A stretch of 64,000 nucleotides of DNA, from the NCBI GenBank assembly GCA_965603725.1, contig CBFDEC010000012.1, forward strand, positions 8,097 through 72,096. The letters are read 5' to 3'. Positions within the stretch are counted from its first letter, which is position 1. Each line of letters begins with the position of its first letter. The position numbers were made by a program, and so were the translations under genes. Below, in pieces: positions 39,583 through 51,136 of the stretch. The notes below the pieces were generated by a model. It was not told where the DNA came from, ran no database searches, and worked only from the letters and a program-made list of their open reading frames with translations. This DNA is from an uncultured bacterium (GTDB taxonomy: Bacteria > Zixibacteria > MSB-5A5 > UBA10806 > 4484-95).

Positions 39583-40794
39583 ATGCAGGGTATTTTAAAT
39601 AATAAGAAAATTCTCCTTGGTATCTCCGGCGGTATCGCTGCTTTTAAGATTTGCGAACTTTTGCGGATGCTGGTTAAAGCCGGCGCCAATGTGCGAGTTG
39701 TAATGACTCAATCGGCTGCAAAGTTTGTTACTCCGCTGACATTTTCTGCATTAGGCGCCGAATCTGTTGCGACCGATATGTGGGATCCCGGCCGCGACTC
39801 ACTTGAGCATGTAAGCTGGGCCGATTGGGCCGACATCTTCGTGGTAGCTCCGGCAACCGCTAATATCATCGCCAAGATGGCCGCCGGCATCGCCGATGAG
39901 GTGCTGTCCACCCAGCTATTGGCTTATGATGGTCCAAAAATTGTCGTGCCTGCCATGAATGTTAAGATGTGGCAAAATTTTGCCACTAAGAGAAATGTCG
40001 ACGAATTGAAAAAGCAGGGGATAGTGTTTATCGGACCGACTAAAGGCCAGCTTGCCAGCCTTATTACTGCCGAGGGACGGATGGTTGAGCCGAAAGATAT
40101 ATTTGGACAAATCGAACTGAACTTAAAGAACCGTTCTGACCTGGCCGGATATAAAATCCTGGTAACTGCCGGACCGACTGTTGAACCATTCGATCCGGTA
40201 AGGATTATATCTAACAGGTCCTCCGGCAAGATGGGTTATGCCATTGCCCGGGCTTTAATATCTCGAGGCGCAGAGGTGATTCTGGTATCGGGACCGGTTG
40301 CGTTAGAAGCCCCAGCAAGAGTTGAATTAGTCAATGTTGAGACTGCTGAGCAGATTAAAAAAGCGGTTGAAAATTATTATAAAAATGTGGATTCAATTAT
40401 TATGGCAGCCGCAGTTGCCGATTATAGGCCCAAAATTTATTCCCGTCAGAAAATCAAGAAAATAGACCGCACCCTGTCTTTGACATTGGTTCAGAATCCT
40501 GATATTCTTAAAGGACTCTCTGCGAAAAAAAGAGGGAAAATCCTGATCGGTTTTGCCCTCGAAACTGAAAATGTTAAGGCGGCGGCTAAAAAGAAGATGC
40601 TTGATAAAAAGCTTGATATGATAGTCGCCAACAATCCCACACAAAAAGGTGTGAAATTCGGCTCTGATTTCAATAAGGCGACGATTTTTGTCAAGGGGGA
40701 AAGACCGATCGATTTACCGGTAATGCCGAAAATAGAGCTGGCACATAAAATCCTTGATGAGCTGGTTAAGTTGCTAAAAAGAAGAAGAAAGTGA
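39583..40794 (+). CDS. coaBC: Phosphopantothenoylcysteine decarboxylase/ligase
   Basis: GISGGIAAFK, APATANIIAK, PAMN, TAGPTVE..DPVR..SNRSSGKMG, AAVADY, GFALET. Confidence 0.97.
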   Translation: MQGILNNKKILLGISGGIAAFKICELLRMLVKAGANVRVVMTQSAAKFVTPLTFSALGAESVATDMWDPGRDSLEHVSWADWADIFVVAPATANIIAKMAAGIADEVLSTQLLAYDGPKIVVPAMNVKMWQNFATKRNVDELKKQGIVFIGPTKGQLASLITAEGRMVEPKDIFGQIELNLKNRSDLAGYKILVTAGPTVEPFDPVRIISNRSSGKMGYAIARALISRGAEVILVSGPVALEAPARVELVNVETAEQIKKAVENYYKNVDSIIMAAAVADYRPKIYSRQKIKKIDRTLSLTLVQNPDILKGLSAKKRGKILIGFALETENVKAAAKKKMLDKKLDMIVANNPTQKGVKFGSDFNKATIFVKGERPIDLPVMPKIELAHKILDELVKLLKRRRK

Positions 40795-41501
40795 TGCCGG
40801 AGAGTGAGGAAAATTTACTTCGAAGCTATTTGATACAGCGAATGGAACTGGGTGAAAAAGTTATTTTCAGGCCGTTTGATATGGAAATACCAGGACATGA
40901 TACAGTGGAACAGACTGCTTATAGCATAGACGAATTCGAAAAGACCGAAAGTCTCGATGATTTGTATCGGGCTATTTGTGAATGTCAGAAATGTTCGCTG
41001 GGGCAGTCACGGACCAACCTCGTTTTCGGCGCTGGCAATCCCAACGCTGATATAATGTTTGTCGGCGAGGCGCCCGGCGCCGATGAGGATAGACTGGGCG
41101 AACCTTTTGTGGGCAGAGCCGGTCAGCTTCTAAATAGAATACTGGCCGCCATGAAGCTTGAACGTCAGGACGTTTATATCGGCAACATACTTAAATGCCG
41201 TCCTCCGAACAACCGCGACCCCCAGCCGAATGAGGCGTTAATCTGCGAACCTTTTCTTCACCAGCAAATTAAGCTGATCAAGCCGAAAGTCATCTGCTGT
41301 CTGGGACGGATAGCGGCTCAGCGTCTCCTGCAAACGAATATGTCGCTGGGTCAGATGCGTGACCGATGGTTTGATTACCACGGTACAACTCTGATGGTGA
41401 CTTACCATCCTGCCGCGCTCTTACGGTCTAACCAATACAAACGCCCAACCTGGGATGATATGCAGAAACTTCTGCGAAAGCTGGAGGAGTTAAAACAATA
41501 A
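40791..41501 (+). CDS. Uracil-DNA glycosylase family 4 (4Fe-4S)
   Basis: [41 protein letters not shown]. Confidence 0.93.
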   Translation: MMPESEENLLRSYLIQRMELGEKVIFRPFDMEIPGHDTVEQTAYSIDEFEKTESLDDLYRAICECQKCSLGQSRTNLVFGAGNPNADIMFVGEAPGADEDRLGEPFVGRAGQLLNRILAAMKLERQDVYIGNILKCRPPNNRDPQPNEALICEPFLHQQIKLIKPKVICCLGRIAAQRLLQTNMSLGQMRDRWFDYHGTTLMVTYHPAALLRSNQYKRPTWDDMQKLLRKLEELKQ

Positions 41502-42839
41502 ATGTCAGATACAGTCGAAAAAATACCACCCCAGGCATTAGAGGCTGAACAGTCGGTTCTTGGGGCAATGTTGTTATCCAAAGATGCTATTGATGTTGTT
41601 TTAGAACATTTAAGGCAGGAACATCTATACAAATCGATACACAAAAAAGTATTTAAAGCGATTGTAAACCTATATGAAAAAAACGAGCCCGCTGATATTA
41701 TAACTGTATCCGAGGAGCTGGCCAGGCTTGGCTACCTTGATGAAGTCGGGGGGAGAGCATTTTTAGCGGGTCTTACCGAAGCTACTCCGGGAATATCCAA
41801 CGTCGAGCACCACTCCAATATCGTTTTTGAAAAAGCGATGCTTAACAAACTGATCGATGCCTCGAATCAGACGCTCCTGCGCGCTTACCAACCAATTGAG
41901 GATGTTGATGAGTTTATTGATGAGGCCGAGCAGGCGATATTTGCCATAAAAGATGAAAAATTAAAAGGCTCGACTATTCCAATTAGCGATGTCTTGCATG
42001 AAACATTTCGCATTATTGAAGCTTACAGCAGTCGTGAGGGCTTTTTAACCGGCATTCCAAGCGGTTTTATCGATTTAGATAACCTGACCTCGGGATTTCA
42101 GAATTCGGAACTGATTATTATAGCCTGTCGTCCGTCTGTGGGGAAAACAGCTTTCAGCTTAAATATTGCGGATCATATTGCTGTCGAAAATAAAACACCG
42201 GTGCTTATTTTTTCTCTGGAAATGTCCAAAGAACAGATTGCCCAGCGTCTTCTATGCAGCCGGGCCAGGGTCTCATCGCACCTTTTGCGAACAGGAAGAC
42301 TGGCCGACAAGCAATGGACCAACCTATCTTTAGCCGCCGGACCATTATCGGATTCACCCATTTTCATTGACGACTCACCAATGATGAGCGTACTTGAAAT
42401 GAGGGCAAAATCCAGGCGTTTAAAATCAAGAGAAAATATCGGGCTTATAATAGTAGATTATTTACAGCTCATCCAGGGGCCTAAAAATGCCGAAAGCCGT
42501 CAACAGGAAATTTCCTTTATCTCACGCGCGTTAAAGGCGACGGCGCGGGAATTGAAAGTTCCGATTATTGCCTTATCACAGCTTTCCCGCCAGATCGAAC
42601 TTCGCGGCAGAGACGCCAAACCACAATTATCCGATCTTCGAGAATCAGGAGCGCTTGAACAGGATGCGGATGTCGTAATATTCATTCATCGACCGCGTAA
42701 CGAGGAAGGACACTGGGGACCCGAGTCAGAAATAATCATAAGCAAACAAAGGAATGGTCCTACTGGTACCATTGATCTAATGTTTGTTAAAGATTATGCC
42801 CGTTTTGAATTGAAGGATATTGTTCACGAATTCCCATAA
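41502..42839 (+). CDS. dnaB: Replicative DNA helicase
   Basis: PPQALEAEQSVLGA, RPSVGKT, FSLEM, VDYLQL, SQLSR, SDLRESGALEQDAD, KQRNGPTG; no intein. Confidence 0.97.
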   Translation: MSDTVEKIPPQALEAEQSVLGAMLLSKDAIDVVLEHLRQEHLYKSIHKKVFKAIVNLYEKNEPADIITVSEELARLGYLDEVGGRAFLAGLTEATPGISNVEHHSNIVFEKAMLNKLIDASNQTLLRAYQPIEDVDEFIDEAEQAIFAIKDEKLKGSTIPISDVLHETFRIIEAYSSREGFLTGIPSGFIDLDNLTSGFQNSELIIIACRPSVGKTAFSLNIADHIAVENKTPVLIFSLEMSKEQIAQRLLCSRARVSSHLLRTGRLADKQWTNLSLAAGPLSDSPIFIDDSPMMSVLEMRAKSRRLKSRENIGLIIVDYLQLIQGPKNAESRQQEISFISRALKATARELKVPIIALSQLSRQIELRGRDAKPQLSDLRESGALEQDADVVIFIHRPRNEEGHWGPESEIIISKQRNGPTGTIDLMFVKDYARFELKDIVHEFP

Positions 42840-42901
42840 TCATTATTATTAAATTCTGTATCTTAATATGAAGGTAAAAATGCTATGAGAGGGATTGTCT
42901 T

Positions 42902-43672
42902 TTGAATATTGTGCAAATATTCGGCTCGAGGGGGTTGTTTTTTATTGAGGAAGTGGGCGCATTTTCAATCCTGCTGATGCGGATTCTCAAATCCCTGCCC
43001 CTCTTTGTGAAAAATATGCGCCTGACACTTGAACAGATGCTGATGATGGGAGTTGCCTCACTGCCCCTGGTACTGTTTACATCAGTGTTCACAGGAGCCG
43101 TTTCGGCTGTTCAGGCGGCGTATCAATTTCAGAATTACGTGCCGATGCGCTATCTGGGGACTGCTGTAGGCAAGGCTGTCATCATAGAGTTAGGACCGGT
43201 ATTAACCGGTTTGGTTGTTGCCGGTCGGGTCAGTTCTGCTATCGCCGCTGAACTGGGAACAATGAAAGTAACCGAGCAGATTGACGCTTTAGAAACTATG
43301 GCGCTTGACCCGGTGAGGTTTCTGGCGGTCCCGCGATATATCGCTGGTTTTCTTATGCTTCCGATACTGACCATATTTTCTGATTTTGTGGCTTTAATGG
43401 GCGGTCTTGTAGTATCAATGCTTTTTATCGATATAACCGCCTACACATTTCTAAACGGCGTCAAATTATTTTTTGAATTATCAGATGTTTTCATCGGCCT
43501 TCTCAAAGCCTGTGTTTTTGGCCAGATTATTGCAGTTGTTGGCTGTTATCATGGCTTCAAAACTGTTGGCGGTGCTGAAGGAGTCGGGCTGTCCACAACC
43601 CGGGCCGTCGTCTATGCAAGCGTTTTAATTTTGATTTCTGACTATATTGTAGCCAGTATATTTTTCGGATAA
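42902..43672 (+). CDS. mlaE: MlaE-family ABC transporter permease
   Basis: ELGPVLTGLVVAGRVSSAIAAELGTMKVTEQIDAL, GGAEGVG..TTRAVV. Confidence 0.93.
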   Translation: MNIVQIFGSRGLFFIEEVGAFSILLMRILKSLPLFVKNMRLTLEQMLMMGVASLPLVLFTSVFTGAVSAVQAAYQFQNYVPMRYLGTAVGKAVIIELGPVLTGLVVAGRVSSAIAAELGTMKVTEQIDALETMALDPVRFLAVPRYIAGFLMLPILTIFSDFVALMGGLVVSMLFIDITAYTFLNGVKLFFELSDVFIGLLKACVFGQIIAVVGCYHGFKTVGGAEGVGLSTTRAVVYASVLILISDYIVASIFFG

Positions 43673-43686
43673 GGAATCAGTATGTA

Positions 43687-44439
43687 ATGATCGAAATAAT
43701 CGGTGTCTATAAGAGTTTTACAGGCAAACCTGTCTTAAACGGAGTAAATCTTACAATCAGCAAAGGCGAAACGCTGACTATCATCGGCCGTTCTGGCGAG
43801 GGGAAATCGGTATTATTAAAGCATATAATAGGCCTTTTAGAGCCCAATAAAGGGAAAATCCTTATTGATAATGAGGATATTAATAAACATTCCTCGAAAC
43901 AAATGGTAGAACTTCGCCGCCGTTTTGGAATGCTCTTCCAGGGGTCGGCTTTGTTTGATTCGATGACCGTCGATGAAAATGTCGGACTTGGCTTGAGGGA
44001 ACATACCGATATCCCTGAACATACTATAAAGTCAATCATAAAAGAGAAATTATCCCAGGTGGGGCTTTTTAAAGTTGAAAATCTAAAACCGGCGGAACTT
44101 TCCGGGGGGATGAAAAAGCGGGTGGGTTTAGCTCGTGCTATTGCCATGGACCCCGAATTCATATTGTATGACGAACCCACTACCGGTTTGGACCCCATTA
44201 TGGCCGATACTATAAATAACCTAATTATACATCTGCAAAATACTCTCGATATAACCTCGATAGCTGTCACTCATGACATGGTTTCAGCCTATAAAATATC
44301 CGACCGTATAGCGATGCTGTACAAAGGCAAAATTATCTTTATCGGCTCTCCCGTCGAGGTAAAAAACAGCGATAATCCGATAGTTCAACAGTTCATTAAT
44401 GCTCAGGCCGAGGGTCCAATTACCGATAATAACCATTAA
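43687..44439 (+). CDS. mlaF: MlaF-family ABC transporter ATPase
   Basis: GRSGEGKS, LFQGSALFDS, LSGGMKKRVGLARA, YDEPTTGLDP. Confidence 0.93.
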   Translation: MIEIIGVYKSFTGKPVLNGVNLTISKGETLTIIGRSGEGKSVLLKHIIGLLEPNKGKILIDNEDINKHSSKQMVELRRRFGMLFQGSALFDSMTVDENVGLGLREHTDIPEHTIKSIIKEKLSQVGLFKVENLKPAELSGGMKKRVGLARAIAMDPEFILYDEPTTGLDPIMADTINNLIIHLQNTLDITSIAVTHDMVSAYKISDRIAMLYKGKIIFIGSPVEVKNSDNPIVQQFINAQAEGPITDNNH

Positions 44440-44455
44440 GTAATCAGAGATTTAG

Positions 44456-45604
<1,149 letters not shown>

Positions 45605-45705
45605 AGCCCGCCTTATATTAAAAAATAATTCCAATTTTTTCACAAGTTCAAATATTAAAAACACCATACAGATTCCACATTTGCTGTAACTATTGACAAA
45701 TAAAC

Positions 45706-45859
45706 TCTATCACAATTCCCCAAACCGAATCATAAACTTCAACTTGCGTGATTCTTTTGCATGTATCAGGATGGAAGCTTTACGACATCCTGATACCGAG
45801 ACCAGTTCTATCACATATCCCGAAAGCGAATCATAAACTTCAACTTGCGTGATTCTTTT
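45706..45859. repeat. 53-bp direct repeat of the GH57 gene 3' end flanking an 11-bp-stem hairpin
   Basis: 45706-45758 versus 45807-45859 (4 mismatches); gtatcaggatg (45763-73) / catcctgatac (45786-96) lies between them. Confidence 0.9.
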
Positions 45860-47943
45860 AGAGGAATCTTCACCTCGAAGCAAAGGCAGGTTACCGAGGA
45901 TTGGTAAACCCGTTCGAAACCGTACTCCGATAGGCTGACAGTCTCGATAGGAAAACGCCACAAACAGCAGGGCTCCGACAGGCTGATATTGATGTCGAGT
46001 TTGTGATAATCATCTTTAAGCCCGAACATATCAACTTCCGGCGTTTCTCCGCGGCTTATCATTCTGTTGTTTTCAAGATCATGGTTGCCGATATAGTAAT
46101 AGCGATCGGGCGAATCTCCAGCCAACATTGCCCAGTTAAATTCGACTCCGAAAATAAATCCGAGTTCGAAATCAGACCGGTTCTCCAGTGTATAGTTCGC
46201 CTCGATGACCGGTTGTTTCAGCATAATATCGATGTTCTTACCGACAGTCAAATCAGCGGTTCTATCCGGGTAGTAAATATGCCCTTTGCGCGAAAACTCG
46301 ACACTCAATTTAGTATTTGATTTTTTTGTCGTATACTCAAATGGCTCGATTATAAAATCACCCATCTCATGATACTTATTAGCGGCGAACTGTTCGAATT
46401 CAGTCCCGAACGGCATCATATGATCGACAAATGACACCCTCCGGTACCAGTCGTAGACCAGATATTTTTCAAGCCCCTCCTCTTTTGTCTCAATCCGATC
46501 GTGAATAGACGCTCCCTCAGCGACAGACTGATTTTTAAGTTCACATAATTTTTTGTGATATCCTTCCTTACGGCGGGTCAGGGTGTCCAGGAGGTTAAAT
46601 CCTTTGTTCTTTAGGTCAAGCTCGAACATCGAGCCGCCATGACGGGGAGAAAAATAAGCGTTTAGATGGCTGGTTTGGGCCAAAATTTCAGTTTGCCCGT
46701 CATCATCAAAATCGGTGAGTTCCAGCTTTCCGGTTTTTGGCAGCGTCCCTAAGCTCTCGGCGATGGCCTCAGCCCGAATCAGGCGATTATAAGTAGCATA
46801 GCGGAGATGGTTTAAATAAAGGCCGCCGAACACACCATGCCAGTATGGGCAATTACACTGGCCCTGGAACAGCAAATCTCTGGCTTCGGCCAATTTCTTT
46901 TTCTTTGCCGCGGCGCTCTTTTCGAGTTGATCAATCTTGGCGGCAACATGGTACATCTTCTTGTGCATATTATTCGATTCGGGATATTTCGACAGGAAGT
47001 TACGCCAGAACCCGCCCCTTACAAGGTAGCCGCGGCTCTCCCAGAGATCGTTTTTCTTAAGATGCTTTTCGATCTGCTCGTAATGATTGAATCCATCCGG
47101 CGGCAGCGACCATTGTCCCATCTCGGCATAGGAGGCGGTGGGAAGATATATCCTGCCGTTAGGTTCAAAAACATCTATCGCCTCGGAGAAGAATTTCATC
47201 TTCAGCCAATCAGAGTTCTTCGATACCTGTTCGAAAAAATCAGCCAGCCATCTTTTTTCATAACAAAGCTTATAGGTATCGGGCCAGACGCCAAACTTTT
47301 CGCCATCGTCGGCATAGATTGCCAGCTTGCCCGGCGATCTTTCAGCCATCTGTTTAAGTATATCCATGACTTTATCTACATTCTTAAACGGGACAGCATA
47401 ACGCAGCAGCTTGGAAATCGGAAACAACGCCAGTTTCTTATGCTGTTCTTCGGTGATGAAATAGCCGTCAAGCTGATCTTCGGTAAGGCCGGCCCAGCGA
47501 AAATGAGTGTCATCGAGGATTGTATACTCCATACCGCAATCATGCAGCGCGCCGGCCAGTTGCGGTTCCCAGACCCGCTCGGCCAGCCACATGCCGCGAG
47601 CTTTAACCGAAAATCGTTTCTTTAGATAATCGGTGAGCATATCGATCTGGCCTTTTTTGTGTGAATTAAAAATTGCCGGCAGGATCGGCTCATAAAAACC
47701 GCCGCTTAATAGTTCAAGCCGACCAGCATTCAATAAATTTTTTACATACCTGAAATACTCAGGCCGGCTCTTTTCGATCCAATCCCAGAGTATGCCGGTA
47801 TTGTGAAGCGATACCTTGATATCGGGGAATTCTGCAAGAAGCCTGACAAACGGCAGATAGCATTGCTTATAAGCGTGCTCGATAACATGGTCGAAATTGC
47901 CGACCGGCTGATGGTTGTGTATGCCGAAACAGAAATATATCAA
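45811..47943 (-). CDS. GH57 alpha-amylase / 4-alpha-glucanotransferase
   Basis: HNHQPVGN, GGFYEPIL, GMWLAERVWEP, DDGEKFGVWP, QCNCPYWHGVFGGLY. Confidence 0.94.
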   Translation of the reverse strand: MIYFCFGIHNHQPVGNFDHVIEHAYKQCYLPFVRLLAEFPDIKVSLHNTGILWDWIEKSRPEYFRYVKNLLNAGRLELLSGGFYEPILPAIFNSHKKGQIDMLTDYLKKRFSVKARGMWLAERVWEPQLAGALHDCGMEYTILDDTHFRWAGLTEDQLDGYFITEEQHKKLALFPISKLLRYAVPFKNVDKVMDILKQMAERSPGKLAIYADDGEKFGVWPDTYKLCYEKRWLADFFEQVSKNSDWLKMKFFSEAIDVFEPNGRIYLPTASYAEMGQWSLPPDGFNHYEQIEKHLKKNDLWESRGYLVRGGFWRNFLSKYPESNNMHKKMYHVAAKIDQLEKSAAAKKKKLAEARDLLFQGQCNCPYWHGVFGGLYLNHLRYATYNRLIRAEAIAESLGTLPKTGKLELTDFDDDGQTEILAQTSHLNAYFSPRHGGSMFELDLKNKGFNLLDTLTRRKEGYHKKLCELKNQSVAEGASIHDRIETKEEGLEKYLVYDWYRRVSFVDHMMPFGTEFEQFAANKYHEMGDFIIEPFEYTTKKSNTKLSVEFSRKGHIYYPDRTADLTVGKNIDIMLKQPVIEANYTLENRSDFELGFIFGVEFNWAMLAGDSPDRYYYIGNHDLENNRMISRGETPEVDMFGLKDDYHKLDINISLSEPCCLWRFPIETVSLSEYGFERVYQSSVTCLCFEVKIPLKESRKLKFMIRFRDM

Positions 47944-48818
47944 AATATGCTAAGATGAATGTACTTTTTGGGATGTTCTTTAAAGTCTGTTATCAGAGAA
48001 TCGAGATTGTTCATCGTTTGGCGCAGATCATAGTATAAAGAATCATCGGCCATGGTTTTGCCGAGAGTGCCCTCGCCTTTTTCAATACGTTCGGTAATAC
48101 TTTTAATATCATCAGACAGCTCATTGAGCTTAACAGATGCCTCAGCGAAATTACTGACTGCCTTTTGCATCTCAACAGAGTTAGTGTCCAAAAAGCCATC
48201 CATCCTGCCGGCGGCATTGGATATGCTTGTTAGGGCTTTTTCCATTGTGTTCTGATTATCGTTAATGAATCGATTAGTGTTTTCGGTTATCTCATGCAAA
48301 GCATCGATAATCTGACGGATCTTCACTGCCTTGCCGGGTTCACCGAAAGTTCCCTCAAGCTGAACCACAAGATGTCGGATCTCATCAATAGCATCGCCCA
48401 TCATCCCCATAACCTCCGGTATGCCGGTGTCATATTTACCCATCTTCGGTGCACTTAGATCAAGCGCATTCGCCGATTCGCCCGGCCATATTGCTACATA
48501 TCTTTCCCCCATAAGACCAACATTCATTACCGCAAACCGGGCGTCCTCTTTTAAAGCCACTTCTTTATCAAGCGAAATTGTAACCAGAACATTGTTGCCC
48601 TTAAGTTCTATATCCTTAACCTCGCCTTTTTCAACCCCCAAAACGCCGACCGGATCGCCGATGTCAAGAGTGCCGACCTCCGGAAACATACAGATATATC
48701 TATAATGCTCAACATTGAATTTGTATTCTTTCACCCAGACAATACCGTATAATAAAATGATAATCGCGGCAATTATTACGGTTCCAACCTTAATCTCTAT
48801 CGATAAATCACGCATCAT
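47940..48818 (-). CDS. mlaD: MlaD/MCE-domain protein
   Basis: EIKVG + TM, GDPVGVLGVEKGEV, GLMGERYV, GEGTLGK...D.SLY, DFKEHPKKYI. Confidence 0.88.
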   Translation of the reverse strand: MMRDLSIEIKVGTVIIAAIIILLYGIVWVKEYKFNVEHYRYICMFPEVGTLDIGDPVGVLGVEKGEVKDIELKGNNVLVTISLDKEVALKEDARFAVMNVGLMGERYVAIWPGESANALDLSAPKMGKYDTGIPEVMGMMGDAIDEIRHLVVQLEGTFGEPGKAVKIRQIIDALHEITENTNRFINDNQNTMEKALTSISNAAGRMDGFLDTNSVEMQKAVSNFAEASVKLNELSDDIKSITERIEKGEGTLGKTMADDSLYYDLRQTMNNLDSLITDFKEHPKKYIHLSIF

Positions 48819-48985
48819 GTCTCCCGATTTGCTTGCTCAAACACCCATTGCATTATTCGGCACAAATTCGAAAAAGTTGCCTTTAGACAATTTATATTAT
48901 CAACATCTTGAATCAATTGCAATTTATTTTACATGAATCCGTTATAATATCTTTAGACTTATATATTTGAAGGCGGAAAAAAGCC

Positions 48986-49290
48986 GTAGGTTGGGGGCTC
49001 GTCCCCCAACACAATTGCGGCCGGATAAATCCAATGGACACTGCGTGCCGACCGCCTACAGTATATTTTATTTCGAATAAATCAGTAGGTTGGGGGTCCT
49101 ACAGATCGTCAAGCCATATGGCCTGTCTGGGGTCTTGTGGATTTTCAACCTGTCCGGACAGACTAAAAGTCTGTCCTACTTTTTCCCGTGGCGTCAGGAA
49201 CCCCTTCCTGACGCAATTGCAAAAGGGCACACGAGGACATGTACGGCCCACAAGTATGTCATACCTGCGAAAGCAGGTATCCAGCCCACA
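48986..49290. repeat. Dense cluster of REP-like palindromes
   Basis: Copy of the 5756 element; gcgtcaggaacccc-ttcctgacgc; aagggcacacgaggacatgtacggcccaca; gtcatacctgcgaaagcaggtatccag. Confidence 0.8.
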
Positions 49291-49369
49291 AGATATTTTC
49301 TAATCTGCTTGAGTAATCTTCTGCAATATTATAAATTGAATTGATGATGTTAAACCCCAAGGAGGAAAA

Positions 49370-51007
49370 ATGAAAGCGCTAATTACACTGATTCTGATTT
49401 TATTGCTCGCAATTCCGGTGTTTGCCGTTATTGGCGATGTCGATACGAGTTTCGCCGCACCTTACAGTTGCCCGACCGGTATGGCAACCGATGGGAAGCA
49501 CCTTTACCTTGCCGACCGCAAAAGCGACACGATCTATAAGATAGACCCGAAATCCGGCGAGACAATATCCGAATTTCCCGCCCCCGGGTTCAGGCCGCAG
49601 GGGCTGGCGTATGACAGCAAATACCTTTGGTTGGTCGATTCTGAAGAGGGAGTGATACTGCAGATCGATCCCGAAACCAAAGTCGCTGTAAAGACTATCT
49701 GGTGTCCGGCCCAACGTCCCCGCGGGTTGGCCTGGGATGCCGAATACCTGTGGCTGGCAGATTCCAAAGCCGACCAGCTTTTGCAGGTTTCAACCGAGGA
49801 CGGCACTACCATCAAAGAGTTGCCCTCGCCCTCGGGAAATCCAACCGGTCTGGCATTTGACGGAACCCATCTCTGGGTAGCCGACCGTAGCGCTGATAAA
49901 ATCTATATGGTCTGGCCGGAAACAGGCGAAGTTGTACTGACACTCAAAGCCCCCGATAAATATGCCTGGGGACTGGCATATCTTGATGATAAACTCTACT
50001 GCGCCGATTACCAGTCAGATTCAGTTTATGCCGTTATTGCCGACGATGACGAATTCAATAATCTTATCGACCCGGTCTACGAGGAGCTCGAATACACACA
50101 TCAGTTCAGAAATTACGGTCCCGGAACCGTGACCGACCTCAACATCTACCTGGCAGTACCTGAGAACTCACGCCGCCAGACCCTGCTTGAACCGCCCGTT
50201 TACTCATCAACGGTAAACCATGATTTCATCTCCGATCAATGGGGTCAGCAGGTTGCCCGGTTTCATTTCGATGAGGTCAAGCCCGGCGAGATGGTCGAAG
50301 CTTCCTATAAAACTATGGTGGAGCTATTCGACCACTGGATTTATATCAGGCCGGAGAAGGTAGGCGATTTGAAAGACATTCCAAAGGAGATTAAGAAGAA
50401 ATATCTTGTGGATGACACTAAATTCGCAATCAACTCAGAAACCATTAAAGATGCCGTCAAAAAAGCCATCGACGATGAGACCAATCCATATTGGGTGATG
50501 CGGAAAATCTACGGCTACATTATCGATAATATGTATTACGAGCTTGCCGGGGGCTGGAATATAGCTCCGGCAATACTTGAGCGGGGTAACGGTTCATGTT
50601 CGGAGTACTCATTTGTATTCATCTCGATGTGCCGGTCGGCGGGGCTTCCCTGCAGGTATGCAGGCGCTATCGCCCAGCGGGGCGACTTAGCCTCTGAAGA
50701 TGAGGTCTTCCATCGCTGGTGCGAGGTCTACCTGCCAAAAATAGGCTGGGTGCCAGTCGATCCCTCCGGCGGCGACCAGAAAAGCACAGCAGGGCAGGCG
50801 CGTTATATAGGTCATGTTTCCAACCGGTATTTGATTACTACAGTCGGCGGCGGCGGATCGGAGTATCTTGGCTGGGAGTACAACTCCTACGAAACCTGGC
50901 AGTCGGAAGGCATCTGCAAGATTTACACAGAAAAACTGGGCGAATGGTCGCCGGCAGACAGCGCACAGGCGGTAAGCATTAAACAGGAAAAATTTCCGAT
51001 TGATTAG
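49370..51007 (+). CDS. Secreted beta-propeller + transglutaminase-like protein
   Basis: Signal peptide; repeated PxGLAxDGxxLWxAD blades; triad motifs GSCSEYS, HRWCEVY, WVPVDP. Confidence 0.88.
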   Translation: MKALITLILILLLAIPVFAVIGDVDTSFAAPYSCPTGMATDGKHLYLADRKSDTIYKIDPKSGETISEFPAPGFRPQGLAYDSKYLWLVDSEEGVILQIDPETKVAVKTIWCPAQRPRGLAWDAEYLWLADSKADQLLQVSTEDGTTIKELPSPSGNPTGLAFDGTHLWVADRSADKIYMVWPETGEVVLTLKAPDKYAWGLAYLDDKLYCADYQSDSVYAVIADDDEFNNLIDPVYEELEYTHQFRNYGPGTVTDLNIYLAVPENSRRQTLLEPPVYSSTVNHDFISDQWGQQVARFHFDEVKPGEMVEASYKTMVELFDHWIYIRPEKVGDLKDIPKEIKKKYLVDDTKFAINSETIKDAVKKAIDDETNPYWVMRKIYGYIIDNMYYELAGGWNIAPAILERGNGSCSEYSFVFISMCRSAGLPCRYAGAIAQRGDLASEDEVFHRWCEVYLPKIGWVPVDPSGGDQKSTAGQARYIGHVSNRYLITTVGGGGSEYLGWEYNSYETWQSEGICKIYTEKLGEWSPADSAQAVSIKQEKFPID

Positions 51008-51085
51008 AAGCCGAAGTAGAAGTTTCAATCTGCTCCATATCAAAGGGGCACACAGGGACGTGTGATGCCCACTATACACATCAAT

Positions 51086-51112
51086 AAAGGGCGGCCTCTG
51101 TGACCGCCCTTT
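51086..51112. terminator. Bidirectional terminator between convergent genes
   Basis: aaagggcgg-cctctgtga-ccgcccttt. Confidence 0.75.
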
Positions 51113-51136
51113 AAATTATCATGATATATTACCAGC

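Noticed and set aside
45710-45961. 83-aa ORF ending in a copy of the GH57 C-terminus; considered as a DGR template/variable pair
   Set aside because: Mostly overlaps GH57 out of frame; the four differences are not adenine-specific and no reverse transcriptase is present.
46003-47625. Long + strand ORFs (up to 262 aa) inside GH57
   Set aside because: Antisense shadows of a well-supported gene; no motifs.
49034-49344. Two ORFs in the REP cluster
   Set aside because: Translations of palindromic repeats (e.g. VIPAKAGIQ), not genes.
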